DNA of 59,764 bases, the filler included, from Circinaria calcarea (taxonomy: Eukaryota): NCBI GenBank assembly GCA_051942165.1. It is 10 parts of 10 records of this genome, joined end to end, with 100 filler letters (N's around TTAATTAATTAA, not from the genome) between each part and the next. Parts side by side here need not be neighbours in the genome. Positions count along the whole stretch, not along the records: positions 5,996 to 11,890 come from JAVECS010001751.1; positions 11,991 to 17,884 come from JAVECS010001752.1; positions 17,985 to 23,877 come from JAVECS010001753.1; 7 more parts are not named here. The stretch is one strand, 5' to 3'. The notes below the pieces were generated by a model. The model had not been told where the DNA came from. It did no database searches and saw nothing but the letters and a program-made list of their open reading frames with translations. Shown one piece after another: positions 11,710 through 22,970 of the stretch (position 1 is the stretch's first letter; each line of letters starts with the position of its first letter). The translations under genes were made by a program, and so were the position numbers.

Positions 11710-12633
11710 CTGATTCTGGCGGGCAGAGGCCTTGGTGGATGCACGATACTATGCGATGCGATGCTTATGGGTTCACGATTCCTACGGAAGGCTTTTCAAC
11801 TGTCTGTTCCGATACGGTGTACGATATTTCACGACGACGAAGCTCTCCAGCACTATATCCAAAGGTGTTTTGCACGAATCGATTGCTAGTNNNNNNNNNN
11901 NNNNNNNNNNNNNNNNNNNNNNNNNNNNNNNNNNTTAATTAATTAANNNNNNNNNNNNNNNNNNNNNNNNNNNNNNNNNNNNNNNNNNNNGTAGGTGTAG
12001 GATTGGCATGGTAATTGTGGGATATGAGATGTTATGGGGTTGGTATTGGAATGCGGGCAATATTTCTTTTGGGCACACGGTTTGAATAAAACAGGACTAC
12101 CTAGGTATCTAACTGAACAGCGCACGAAAAGAACGGGGGGGCTCTCTTCCCTTCTAGGAGATGAAAATGGCATCCCCTCCAATCCAACTCCCACCCACCC
12201 CCAAAATCCACAAGTACCATCCCCATACTCAGCGGAAGAATTCCGCGCAGCACGGCGCACAACAAGTATTCCCGCACGGATCGCAATTGATGTCAACTTT
12301 CCAGCAGATAAAGAGTCATTATTGCGAAAAACGCCACGGGGATCCCGACCGGTAAAGCGATGATCCCTAGGTGTTGCTAGAAATAGTTTCTTTTGTTTGG
12401 TGCTATCAGTTATGGGGGGTGCCATGGAGCTGCTGGGCATGTAAAAGTGGTTTATTTGGCGAGGCACGAGTGTAGCTCCGCGGCTGGATAGCGTTTGTGA
12501 GATGCGCAAGTAAGTTCATGGCAGAGGGTAGCGTTCCGAAATAGTTGTGGATAGAAACAGTAGTAAGGGCATATGTCTTTGTTGTGGTGGTGTAGGTAGT
12601 GCTGAAGGTGGTGATGCTTTGAGCTAGGCTATC

Positions 12634-13197
12634 TCATTGTTCGTTTCTCAACGGGGCCCACCTGGCAAAATTTATTAGAACACCGTCCTGCAAGTCCCCC
12701 TCAGCTTTGGCTTCGGCCTGCTTATAGTATCCGGCAACTTGTTGGGCTGTGGTTTTGCTCTGCCGCTTCCTGGTAGTTTGTGCAGAGGAGTCGAAATTAG
12801 GACTTCGTAATCTTGAGTCGCTGATGATGGTGTTGACCAGGTAACGGTCTTCTGGTTTGACATCAGTACACGCCCAAGCATAGTCCGACATAGCGAACAA
12901 GACCAGTGGTAAAATGTTCGTCTGGCGCAGCAAGCTTATTGTCAACGCGGTATTGACAAGTACCCATGTGGACGAGGAGATGCTTCTCTGGTGAAGAGCA
13001 GTGCTGGTGGTGTTAGAAGATCTGCCTCCTCTACCACCTCCCCTGCGGCCTCCTCTCCCGCCTTTGTGATTTAAAAAGTATGTATCATTATTGAGGGGTG
13101 TAGCAGTAACACCACGGACGTATGCAGCGGAAGGAATGATTTGCGAGAAGCTTCCAGCAGCAAACGCTAGGAAGATCCAAATGTATTCTCGACGCAT
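12634..13197 (-). CDS. Putative secreted/membrane hypothetical protein with GGR-rich stretch, possibly degenerate
   Basis: Signal-peptide-like N-terminus, KGGRGGRRGGGRGGR, second hydrophobic segment; Thr-rich frame continues after the TGA. Confidence 0.45.
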   Translation of the reverse strand: MRREYIWIFLAFAAGSFSQIIPSAAYVRGVTATPLNNDTYFLNHKGGRGGRRGGGRGGRSSNTTSTALHQRSISSSTWVLVNTALTISLLRQTNILPLVLFAMSDYAWACTDVKPEDRYLVNTIISDSRLRSPNFDSSAQTTRKRQSKTTAQQVAGYYKQAEAKAEGDLQDGVLINFARWAPLRNEQ

Positions 13198-13553
13198 TTA
13201 ATCGGTTCTAACGGAGGCAAAGGTAGCTCGAGCTATGGTACTATGGAAAGCGAATAAAGAAGCCAACGGTAGTGACCTGTAAGACTGTTAGATGATGATA
13301 CAAGGAGTAATAAGATTTCAGTAAATATCCGGATTTCTGAGTAGATATAACCAGGAATACAGAACAAAGAAAAGCAAGCTAGTAGAGACAAACAAAGGAG
13401 GTTTAAAGGTGTGGTGTCTGACCTATTTGTCATGAGCACGTCAGTGAATCTGAACGCGACTGAGTGCTCTGGCTTCGCTTTGAGGCTAGCAGGCTCTAGG
13501 TATCATAACCATGTGAATGTTTGATAGCGGTACAAGTCGAATTTTAGATGCTG

Positions 13554-14909
13554 TCACGCATCAAGCGTCCAGACCTTTACAACACCGTCGTCTCCCGTAC
13601 TGATAATCACCTCTTCATCATCGCTTCTCTTCTTTCGGTCTGCTCTCCGCGCCCAACAAACATGATTCACTTCGAAAACTCCATGGGCACCTTCAATCTC
13701 TGCGGCGGCATACCATTCAGTAGCTTCTTCTTCACTTTGGCGCACCTCCATTCCAGCCTCGTGAATGGAATTGTCGCCAACCCCATCGTTACTGCCGCTT
13801 TGCGTACTGACTAAGTTGTTCTTCGAAGGTCTCCATCGCTCTGCATAGACAACAATTTTACCATCCCCACCAGTGCTGACTATCCTCCCTGTCGTCTTAC
13901 TCCAAGCCACAGAGTACACAGCCCTTTCATGATTTTTTGGTAATCTTGCTTCCTCGACCCAATCTTCCTCATTACTTCCGGACTTAATTATGCTAAGCTT
14001 GGATTGCTGCGGGCCCTTTTCCCTCGGTCTCCGCCTCCATATCCTGATAGACATGTCATCTGAGCAGCTGAGCAGTCTTGGGCCTGAAGCCTCTCTTCTT
14101 TTGATCCATGTATCTTGCTCAGGAGTCCTTTGTGCCCCTTCTGGCCCTAGTAATGGTAGGTGTACGCCCTCCCACTCAACTGCCCAAACAGTGGCCTCGT
14201 GTCCTCGCAATACGCTCACGCAGCCCCAGTCATCAACATCCTCCCTCCACAGCCGTATGTCGTCATCGTAACTTGCACTCGCTAGCAGCTCCTCCTCCGC
14301 ATGCCAAGCTACACACTTGACGTCTCCTTGGTGTTCCTGGAGAACGGCAACCGTCTCAAAGTCATCTTCCCCAACCTCCTCCCATATCCAAACGCTCTTA
14401 TCCCGAGAGCAGGTAGCTAGGAAATTCCCACCCGTGGACCATGCCACTGACTTTACTTCGGAATCATGACCGTCCAGGACAAGTGCGAAGCGCCATTCCT
14501 CGTCTTCCTCGGTGTTGTCATTCTCCCCGCCTTCGATGCCACCCCATCCGTCGCTGTGTGATGCCACTTCCGTAAAGTCTACCTCGGCCGTCTCAGGTCT
14601 AGGATTCATGTCCCCTTGGTCCCATCTTTTCCAGACGCCCACGCTGGCATCGAAACTCCCTGTCGCAAGCACGCTCTCTCCCTTTACCCCGGGTTTCCAA
14701 GCACATGATCGCACACTTCTCTTGTGGCCACCAGTGATTGTAGATAGCAGAGTAAAAGATGTCAAACTATAGATACGCACGGACTTGTCAGAGGAGCAAG
14801 TTGCGACGAAAGGAAGATTTGGGTGCGGAGCGGAGAGCCAGGCACGGGATAGCGAGGGCGGTGTTAGGGGCGAGAGGAGGGAGAGTGTCCCTATTTGAGT
14901 GGATGACAT
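13554..14909 (-). CDS. CIA1: Cytosolic iron-sulfur assembly WD40 protein CIA1
   Basis: GHKRSVRSCAW, GHDSEVKSVAWS, LATCSRDKSVWIWE, HQGDVKCVAWH, AHGVFEVNHVCW. Confidence 0.95.
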   Translation of the reverse strand: MSSTQIGTLSLLSPLTPPSLSRAWLSAPHPNLPFVATCSSDKSVRIYSLTSFTLLSTITGGHKRSVRSCAWKPGVKGESVLATGSFDASVGVWKRWDQGDMNPRPETAEVDFTEVASHSDGWGGIEGGENDNTEEDEEWRFALVLDGHDSEVKSVAWSTGGNFLATCSRDKSVWIWEEVGEDDFETVAVLQEHQGDVKCVAWHAEEELLASASYDDDIRLWREDVDDWGCVSVLRGHEATVWAVEWEGVHLPLLGPEGAQRTPEQDTWIKRREASGPRLLSCSDDMSIRIWRRRPREKGPQQSKLSIIKSGSNEEDWVEEARLPKNHERAVYSVAWSKTTGRIVSTGGDGKIVVYAERWRPSKNNLVSTQSGSNDGVGDNSIHEAGMEVRQSEEEATEWYAAAEIEGAHGVFEVNHVCWARRADRKKRSDDEEVIISTGDDGVVKVWTLDA

Positions 14910-15154
14910 TTCGGCGTCGGTGCTGACTGCTAGCTACCTAGGCAGCTGATATCCTAAAGCGTCCTCCGCCCACGTGCATACCCGGAGAGTAGATCTTTGG
15001 TGCCTCTTCTGGTTAACTTTGCCATGTATTAAGGTATTCTTCCACAGTCTGATAACCATGCTAAAGGTTTGTTCTATGACCTTCTAATAGTAGGATAAAG
15101 TCAAATCGGACCATACTCCGTACCTCTACCATGGCATTAGTTCTAGGGAGATAT

Positions 15155-17018
15155 CGTAGCAGCGGAAAGTCTGGAGCAATACCCAAATTTGCCGAAATTT
15201 CTTAGTCATGCCCACCAAAATTTCGGCCGGGGTGGGGTCAAACAGTAGAAAATCAGATATGTAGTATTGAATGCTATTGCTATTCAGATAGTGTCTAATT
15301 AAAGCTATACGAATATTTAGCCTTGCTATAGCCATTGTCATTCATACTGCCTCCAACCCACTGACGCTGCCACCCCTCGCCGTCGCTGTTTTTAGAGCTA
15401 TTAGGCCTATTATACCTGCGCCTGCTACATTTATCACGCCTTTTATATCTTCCACGCTTACTATACTTATTATACCTGCTGTGCTTAGCACAGAGCATGG
15501 CATGGAGCATGGAGCATGGCATGGAGCATGGCATAGAGCATGGCATATAACGGAGCATAAAGCATAGTATATGGCATAGAATAAAGCATTGTATATGGCA
15601 TAGGATAGGGCATAGCATAGCATAGGGCATAGCATAGCATAAGGCATAGCATGGAGTATGGCACAGGGTATATAGCATATAGTAGCATAGAGTACGGTGT
15701 AGGGCACGGTATAAAGCACGGTATAACGTACGGCATAGAGTACGGTATAGAATACGGCATAGAGCGTAGCATAAAGCTGCTGCTATTACAGCTATTAATG
15801 CTATACCCTATACCATATACCCTATACCATATGCCATATTTTATGCTATGCTATATACCCTATGCCATGCTCCATGCTCCATGCTAAGCATGGCAGGTAT
15901 AGAAGGTGTGGTAAACGTGCGTAATAGGCGTGATAGACGTGGCAGGTATAGCGGGCGTGGTAAACGTGGCAGGTATAGTAGGCGTAGCAGGCGTGGCAGG
16001 CGTGCATAATAAATATAGCAGGCGTAATAGGCTATAAAAATAGCGACGGCGAGGGGTGGCAGTGACAGTGGGTTGGAGGCAGTATGAATGGCAATGGCTA
16101 TAGCAAGGCTAAATATTCGTATAGCTTTTAATTAGACACTATCTGAATAGCAATAGCATTCAATTGGGGGGGTTTTTTTTTTTGTTATGCTCGGAAGTTG
16201 TTAGGTAGGCCTGGAATAACAATGCTCCCAGCCAATCGATATCTCGTCTGCAGGGCCACCCCCGCCTGACTTTACACAGCTCTATTATACATCCACAACG
16301 GAGCTATGTTATGCTAGTGGAGCCTTCTCGCCAATATACCGGCTCAAATTCTGCGCCAACAAGATAGGCCTGCCACCTGGGCTTTACAACATCTGGCTTA
16401 GAGTATCCGTGCCGGGCTACCGTGCATAACATTATTCTTACTAGAAAAAACAAAACCTCCCAAATACTTAAGGGTTTTAGCAAAACTTGTTATGCTCGAA
16501 GAATATTAAATAGGGGCGGAATAATTATATTCCCAGCCAATCTATACCCTGCTTTGGAAAGAACCCTAATCTAGCTTTATATAGCTCTAATATTATTAAC
16601 AACAGAGCTATATTATGTTAAAGGGATTAACACGGAGGCGTAGATTTTAGGCCAGCATGGTATGCCTGTTATTTAAATCTTCCCACATCAGGCTTAAAAT
16701 GTCGGTGCCGGCCTTCCGTACATAACACACCTCCTACAGAATTTTGCTAAACCTCCCAATTAGTGAACGTTTCTGACCAATACCAGGGCGCAGATTCTGT
16801 GCCAGCATGATAGACCTGCCACCTGGACCTTACTATATCAGGCTTAAGGTCTCGGCGCCGGGCTCCCGTACATAACATACCTCTTACAAAATTCTGTTAA
16901 AAGACCCAACTACATATCTGATTTTCTACTATCTAATCCCCCCCGGCCGAAATTTTGGTGGGTATGACTAAGAAATTTCGGCAAATTTGGGTATTGCTTC
17001 AGACTTTCCGCTGCTCCG
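15155..17018. mobile_element. Non-autonomous TIR DNA transposon with ~110-bp TIRs and internal subrepeats
   Basis: Left cgtagcagcggaaagtctggagcaatacccaaatttgccgaaatttcttagtcat... is the reverse complement of ...atgactaagaaatttcggcaaatttgggtattgcttcagactttccgctgctccg (ends 17018, followed by TA); no transposase ORF. Confidence 0.88.
15266..16164. mobile_element. Nested foldback element: long inverted arms around pentamer (GCATG/GCATA) satellite
   Basis: attgaatgctattgctattcagatagtgtctaatt... at 15266 mirrors ...aattagacactatctgaatagcaatagcattcaat ending 16164; the satellite flips orientation near 15790. Confidence 0.85.
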
Positions 17019-17611
17019 TAAAGCACTACAAACGGTATTTATATGAAACGCTCAAAGATTTATAAACTGGGTTAACCTATTTGGCTTTTCCGCCACCCAT
17101 TCTCCTTTTTTGCGTCTTGACGGGTCTTCTAGAGGTTGCCAAACCTGCACAACAATGCTCTATCATCCATCCCTTGCGCCTTCGCCGCCACCAATGTTAG
17201 TCTCGGAACAATGTGCCTCTTAGCTGTCCCTATTTCCTCGGTCTGTACCTGTACCTCCTGAACGGCCCATTTTGGCCGGAAAATACAAGTCATGAGTCTG
17301 ATTACACTTATCGTAAGGCAAACATCGTGTCATAGGTTACTCCAAGATAGATTCCGTGAAAGGCTATGTTAAAGCTAAAAGATGGGACATCACAGAGGGG
17401 CGGAATGGCACTTCAAACCGGAGACATCTCCGTGCATCCTGTGTTCGCAGTGATGGGAAATTCTCAACACGATATTAGATGGCGAGGTAAGGTGCATCTG
17501 CATGCATTATTTGATAGGTTTATTAGCGGCTAGGTAAATATGGCTGTACATGTTGGGCGTCAACGTTTCCGCTCGGAATGGAATATGATCGTCATTCAAA
17601 GGAAATCCAAC

Positions 17612-17884
17612 TCATCTCTGTCGCCGCTTCTCCCTAATGGTCAGGCTCATCAGCTCATCAATAAAGGACTCCCGCTCCACAGGCGCTACCGCTGCCTCGC
17701 TGTGCACTCCGAGGTTGCACATTTCGACATCGGGGCTACGGTCACCATTCCGAAGCTCATTAACGTCAACAGTGATCTCTTTAGATACATGAATACCGCC
17801 GAAAGGATTACCGTTGGAAACGTCTACGAGATGCTCCTCGGAAAATGAATCACTTCTGGTTGCGCCTTCGTTCACATCTCGCTT
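17612..17884 (-). CDS. C-terminal fragment of a fungal protein, 5' truncated by spacer
   Basis: Open frame from the contig edge to a stop; protein-like tail GGIHVSKEITVDV...ESFIDELMSLTI. Confidence 0.45.
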   Translation of the reverse strand, partial: KRDVNEGATRSDSFSEEHLVDVSNGNPFGGIHVSKEITVDVNELRNGDRSPDVEMCNLGVHSEAAVAPVERESFIDELMSLTIREKRRQR

Positions 17885-17984
17885 NNNNNNNNNNNNNNNN
17901 NNNNNNNNNNNNNNNNNNNNNNNNNNNNTTAATTAATTAANNNNNNNNNNNNNNNNNNNNNNNNNNNNNNNNNNNNNNNNNNNN

Positions 17985-18067
17985 GCGAAATTGTAGAAAT
18001 CATCGGGCATGTCGAGCTCGTCCATAACATACTTGAGAAGCTCATTGGGAAGATTGAGGAGAGGCAT
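17985..18067 (-). CDS. N-terminus of an F-box protein, truncated
   Basis: Minus-strand translation MPLLNLPNELLKYVMDELDMPDDFYNF fits the F-box start LxxLPxELL. Confidence 0.65.
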
Positions 18068-18419
18068 GATGGTACTGCTGCTTTAGCTTTCTGATTAGTG
18101 AGACGTCTCTGTTATCCTATACATTTTGCACCTACTGGTAATCAAGGGATCGAGTTTGTAAAGTATCGACTCGCACGAGTGGTGAAATATATCTACTGAT
18201 TAATTTGACGCGTAAAGTAATCCTTGTCAAATCGCGGCTAGTATTAGCGTTGGGTTAGAAGCGAATTTACCCAATTTACTCAATCCAGCTCATCGTATAA
18301 TCACCAGCCCCCAGCCTTTCAAATTCCCTATCAAAGAAAAAAACCCCGACTTGAATTCTCCTTACACGGCCTATATGAATTTTGATAAATAAAAAAAAAA
18401 CTCCAAAAAAAATGTTATC

Positions 18420-18553
18420 CGCCCGAGGAGGGGCTCGAACCCTATCTAATGTTAAATTTTGAAATGAAAATGAAGTAATGATGACTAACCTCAACCTTGA
18501 GATTTGCTCTTTTGCTAAAAGTCTCACGCGCTAGCCAATTGTGCCACCCGGGC
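18420..18553 (-). tRNA. tRNA-Lys(UUU) with two introns (12 nt at 37/38, 18504-18515; 48-nt GT-AG in T-stem, 18442-18489)
   Basis: Spliced sequence GCCCGGG TG GCAC AATTGGCTA GCGC G TGAGA CTTTTAA TCTCA AGGTT GAGGG TTCGAGC CCCTC CTCGGGC G folds into a cloverleaf; TATA-rich upstream region and downstream oligo-T terminator. Confidence 0.9.
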
Positions 18554-21500
18554 TTCTCGTTTTTTCCTTATTATAATATATAATTAAACCTCACACAAGC
18601 CTACGATACTCTTCTCTTCTTCCATGCTACAAATACTCCTCCACAAATCAGCTAGATCAAAGTAATCCATCGCGCGAGTTCTCCCCAATTACAAAACCAA
18701 AGCCGTAGAATAACCCAGGTGCTGGAATGGAACATGGCGGCTTCGCTAATCTACCAGCGATCCTAAGCTTCAACAATCTTCTTTACATTTACAGCGGCGG
18801 GAATGCTTTAGTTCTTTGAAATGGACAATGGACGTGGTTTTTGACCCGAGCCTCGAAGGGATGAATGGACACCATAATAGCATCGATTTGCGGGGCACAA
18901 TGTTGAGTTATCTTGCAGTGTCCTGGCGATTCAACAGCACAAGTTGACCGGACTCCCTGCCCACACGGGGGATCGTGGGAGAACACCACTCTACTGTGAT
19001 GATCAATCGCATACAGTCATTTCTACAGTACATACCAAACACGGCAATACCAGAGTCAATTACAGATCACAAGCAGCACCAGAAGGTATTCTATCTCACA
19101 CCACCCCCTCATGCACGCTTGTTATGTAGCTTGCTTTCTTTTCTCCAGAGATTCAACTCATAGCGTGCCTGCCCAGAGGAAGGTTTGCGGAAAGCGGATT
19201 GATATGTGCTCTTAGATTCGCAACCACAGCAATATTCCAACGCCAGTCGAGAAACCCCCTTTCTCTCCCGTATTTTCACTGGGTATCCTACCTAATCTGG
19301 GCCGTGCCGGGAGCGCGGCCGAGACTTCTCAGGTCTGGATGAATTGATCGTGCGGGAGACGGGGGGTTTGGATGTTGAGCATTGGGAGAGGAGGAACCCC
19401 CTCTGGAGCACCGACGACGTTTTTGCGGATTGAGGCCGGGAATGCTACAAGTACCCCGTACAGAGTAGAATACAGATGAACCCGGGCAGGAAGTCCACAA
19501 GGGGACTGTATCATGAAAAGTAATGCAGAGCTACGGAGTATGATCACTATCTTCTATACTAAAGCTGTGGGGGTATAATAGAATTACCCTGCTTATTGTA
19601 TTTCTCGCCCGAGTTGTCCGTACTCTGTGGGAAATGGGTGGGACTCTGATGGGAAAAGTGTCAAGGACGGGCATAGTCTCCAGTTCAGAGAGATATCGAT
19701 ATGACATGAAAGGGCTACTGCATGCGGGTCTATGGCTCATATCTAGGGGAATTACGATCGGCTGTAGATCCGAGTGCCCAGAGCAAGGGAACCTAGCTAG
19801 AAGTACAAGACATAGAACTGGGTACTGCCCATCGTCCAGATGGTTAGCTAGGATACTACTCGTATGGAATGATCCCGATTCGCATTTGCGTCAAGCTCGT
19901 CTGAGCTAGCATTGCAGATTGGTACTCTACCGAAATGCGTGGCTGACGGTTGTGTAAGACTCGTAATAGGTTTCTCGCTGGCCGGTGCTTGCATATGCTT
20001 CTGTCAGGGCCACGGCCAAGCCCGCCAGGATCTGCTGTATTGGTAAGAAGCTCAATCAAGTGTGCGCCGGCAACCTCCCCTAAAGCTCCTTGGAAGAATT
20101 CAATGACCTACGCTCCCCCTAGATCTGCAAGTAGAAAGCTACGAGTGCAACCCCGTTTGAATGCACCGAATAGGTTGGATGCTCATATCATCATGGAGTA
20201 AGCTCATGTCGGGTTGAATAGGTTGATTTTCAAACGTATGTCTTATTCCTGCTATAGTTGGTATTGGGTTTTTTTTTGGCCTCCTCGCCTTCGCTAGGTA
20301 AACGTTAATAGATGAAGACAATGATTGTCTCTCTGAAAGGCTAGTTAGTCTTGCCACCTGAACCAACCTTCTTTAGCTTCTGATGGCAGTTGTACATCGA
20401 CCTGATAGGTTGATTGCAAATAAGCCTGCAAGGAACAGAACCTTGGGTAGCATTCAAGATCGTATCTATGATAGCAGTAGATAGCCGGCTGGTTGGAGCA
20501 TGTATCTCAGAGCAGTACAGAATCGACAAGAAAACTGCAAGGATCCTTCAAGTGAGTTCACAGGACTAGTACTCGTAAACTTATGCCCGGCTCCACAACA
20601 CTGCCGAGCTCTCACACTAAAGTAATCAAATCGACAATTGGAGCTGTGGGGACAGAGCTGACTGCATATGCAACATGGATCTACCCTCGCAACCAAGCTC
20701 CCAAGCAATCGATGTGCTCTAAGAAAGTCGGAGATATCCGATCGTCTTCCGGCATAGAGAGGCTAGAAACTCGCTAACAAGGATGCCGAGCATCGGATAC
20801 TCTCAAACTCGAGAAACCGAGCATGCCAAGTCACAAGGTAGCCAAGCTGCTTGAACTAGGGAACAGTATCGAAGTACGAGAACAAGAAAGTATACAAAGG
20901 CCTGGAAAGAAGCTTTGTTTACCTTTTACCTGGGCTCTCAGGGTAACTGAGCACATGAATAACCAACGTGTCTGTAGTACAAGCCCGCTCGCTTCACGTC
21001 TTCTAAATGCATCGCATTCACAGCATCATTGCTCTGGGACTTTCACTCCATAAGAGCCAAACGTCATGATCATAACTCACCACACCCAGATAAGAAGGTC
21101 CCGAGGTAAGGCTTCCAGGTTTTTGTGTCGGTCCCAACATGTGCCTTGCCAGCCTCCCATATCCTCAATAGGAAGATCCAAATGGCCGACCAGCCCGATT
21201 AAATCCTGACTATTAGGTATTCTGCGTGTTCGTTCCTGTTGTTGATTATGCAAAGCAATGGATCGTGCTATTTAAATCCTCGTACTTGCAGTCGAAGGCT
21301 TATGGGAACTGAATTTTCGATCGGCCAACGCGAGCGATGAATGGGTTAGGCCGAAGTATGATGGATGCAACCTCAAGCAACGGGTTTCATCTAAGAGCTT
21401 ACTAAGAAAAGCCAGCGATGGTTGGATCGGCAATGGGAGGGTGGGTGTGGCTTGATGTTCGGAGGATCAGTAGCGAAACTGCGAACACAGAGTACGGCGG

Positions 21501-22970
21501 ATTTTTAGAGAGGGCTCGATAAAGATTGGCAACCTTAAGTTAAATGAGCCAATACGTTTACAAGAGTGCCTTTGATGTGGAAGTGCTTTGGAAGCTTCCT
21601 GGATCGATCTCCGGCCCTGCGCAACGTTGCAGAATGACTGATATCGACTGACTGGACCTGGACGAATGCCTTCCGCTTGATGCTCATGCTCGGGATGCTT
21701 AAGTTCGGCATCATGAATGTATTATTATCGAACAAACGAACGTTGGCCGCCGAACTTGCATTGCCAACTATCAATCATGTGAAGAATATTGGCTGGTCGT
21801 CGATGAGGAGATCCTCGGAGGATGCATCCATCTCTTTCAACTCAATGCCCACGAGCAAGAGATTACAAAGATTGATCGACTTCCATCTTCCACATGGGAC
21901 AGGCAAGTGGGATAACAGGGTCGATAAACGATAGTTGGACTGAGGGGTCCCTCCTCTTCAGCTGCGGAGCTGGTCCAATAAGGATCCCAAAGCCTTATCA
22001 GAAGGCAATTCCTGCGATCCCGAGGTTGGGAGTCGGACACTTAACGGTGTGAATAGGAGATACCGCAGTGGATCTGTAGTGATGCTGTAGATTGGAAAAA
22101 GCGCCAAATGGGTCGACGGCCATGTGGAAGCCACTGATTCCCGGAAAATGTTGAGATTGAATCCGGCTTCATCTAAGCTTTGACTTTGTTAACAGTTAAT
22201 CAAATACCTAGCACCAAAATAAATTTCCCACGCCGCTTTATCGACTAGCCTTCACGCGGCTTGAAACCCTTGCTCGCGTTTGTCTGGCTCTGGCTGAGAC
22301 GGGGCCCTGACCATTTTAGCTTTGTGAGGTCGTGGCATCAGAGACACCGCATGCTGGCCCCTATCATTTCTCTCCCGGGCAAACACCCAAAGCCAATAAT
22401 CTACATCCATTTACTCCATACTCCGTACCGTGGCTAAAAATGGTGACACGGCATCCCCAAGGTCCGGATGCAAACAGGAATGACATGGGCGAACAGGGAA
22501 CAGCAGGCCTGACAGGACAGGGGCAAGGAGAAGATCTTCATTTGGCCCTAGTGCTTGCCACGTCCCGATGAGGATGCTCTCACCCAAAAAAGAAAGACAA
22601 TTCGATGATTGCCGTGCCACTAGGCCTTCGAAGCGTGGGAATCTCTGGCCTTGCATGGCTGGAAATATCCCCCAATCGCCCCGAGACGAGGGCATCCGGT
22701 CTGGATGGGGACCAAGTCCCAGGGCTGGCTGGAAGGGAAGGCTAATGCCTCGTCTCTCTTTCAAAACCATCCCTTCCCTTCCGTCCTCCTCAACTAAGAT
22801 TGTCGTCTACACGCTCGCTTCTAGGTAGGACTGCAGCCTGTCTACATAATTCTCTCCTTGTTCATCTGTCTGTCGTTTGCTCCGTCTACCTCTGCCTCTC
22901 CTGCCGTGTGAGGGATAGTACATATAAGCTTTTCTGTGTGACTGGATCAAGCTCCATCCATCCTCCCGCC

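Noticed and set aside
15295..15887. Cys/Tyr/Met-rich repetitive ORFs (MLYTLCH..., MPYAML...) as peptide precursors
   Set aside because: They are translations of the pentamer satellite in several frames and both strands inside a foldback element
15490..15890. CRISPR-like or telomeric array
   Set aside because: Degenerate 5-mers without unique spacers; not TTAGGG; eukaryotic context
19288..22828. Many short overlapping ORFs
   Set aside because: No motifs or consistent exon structure; lengths are compatible with chance
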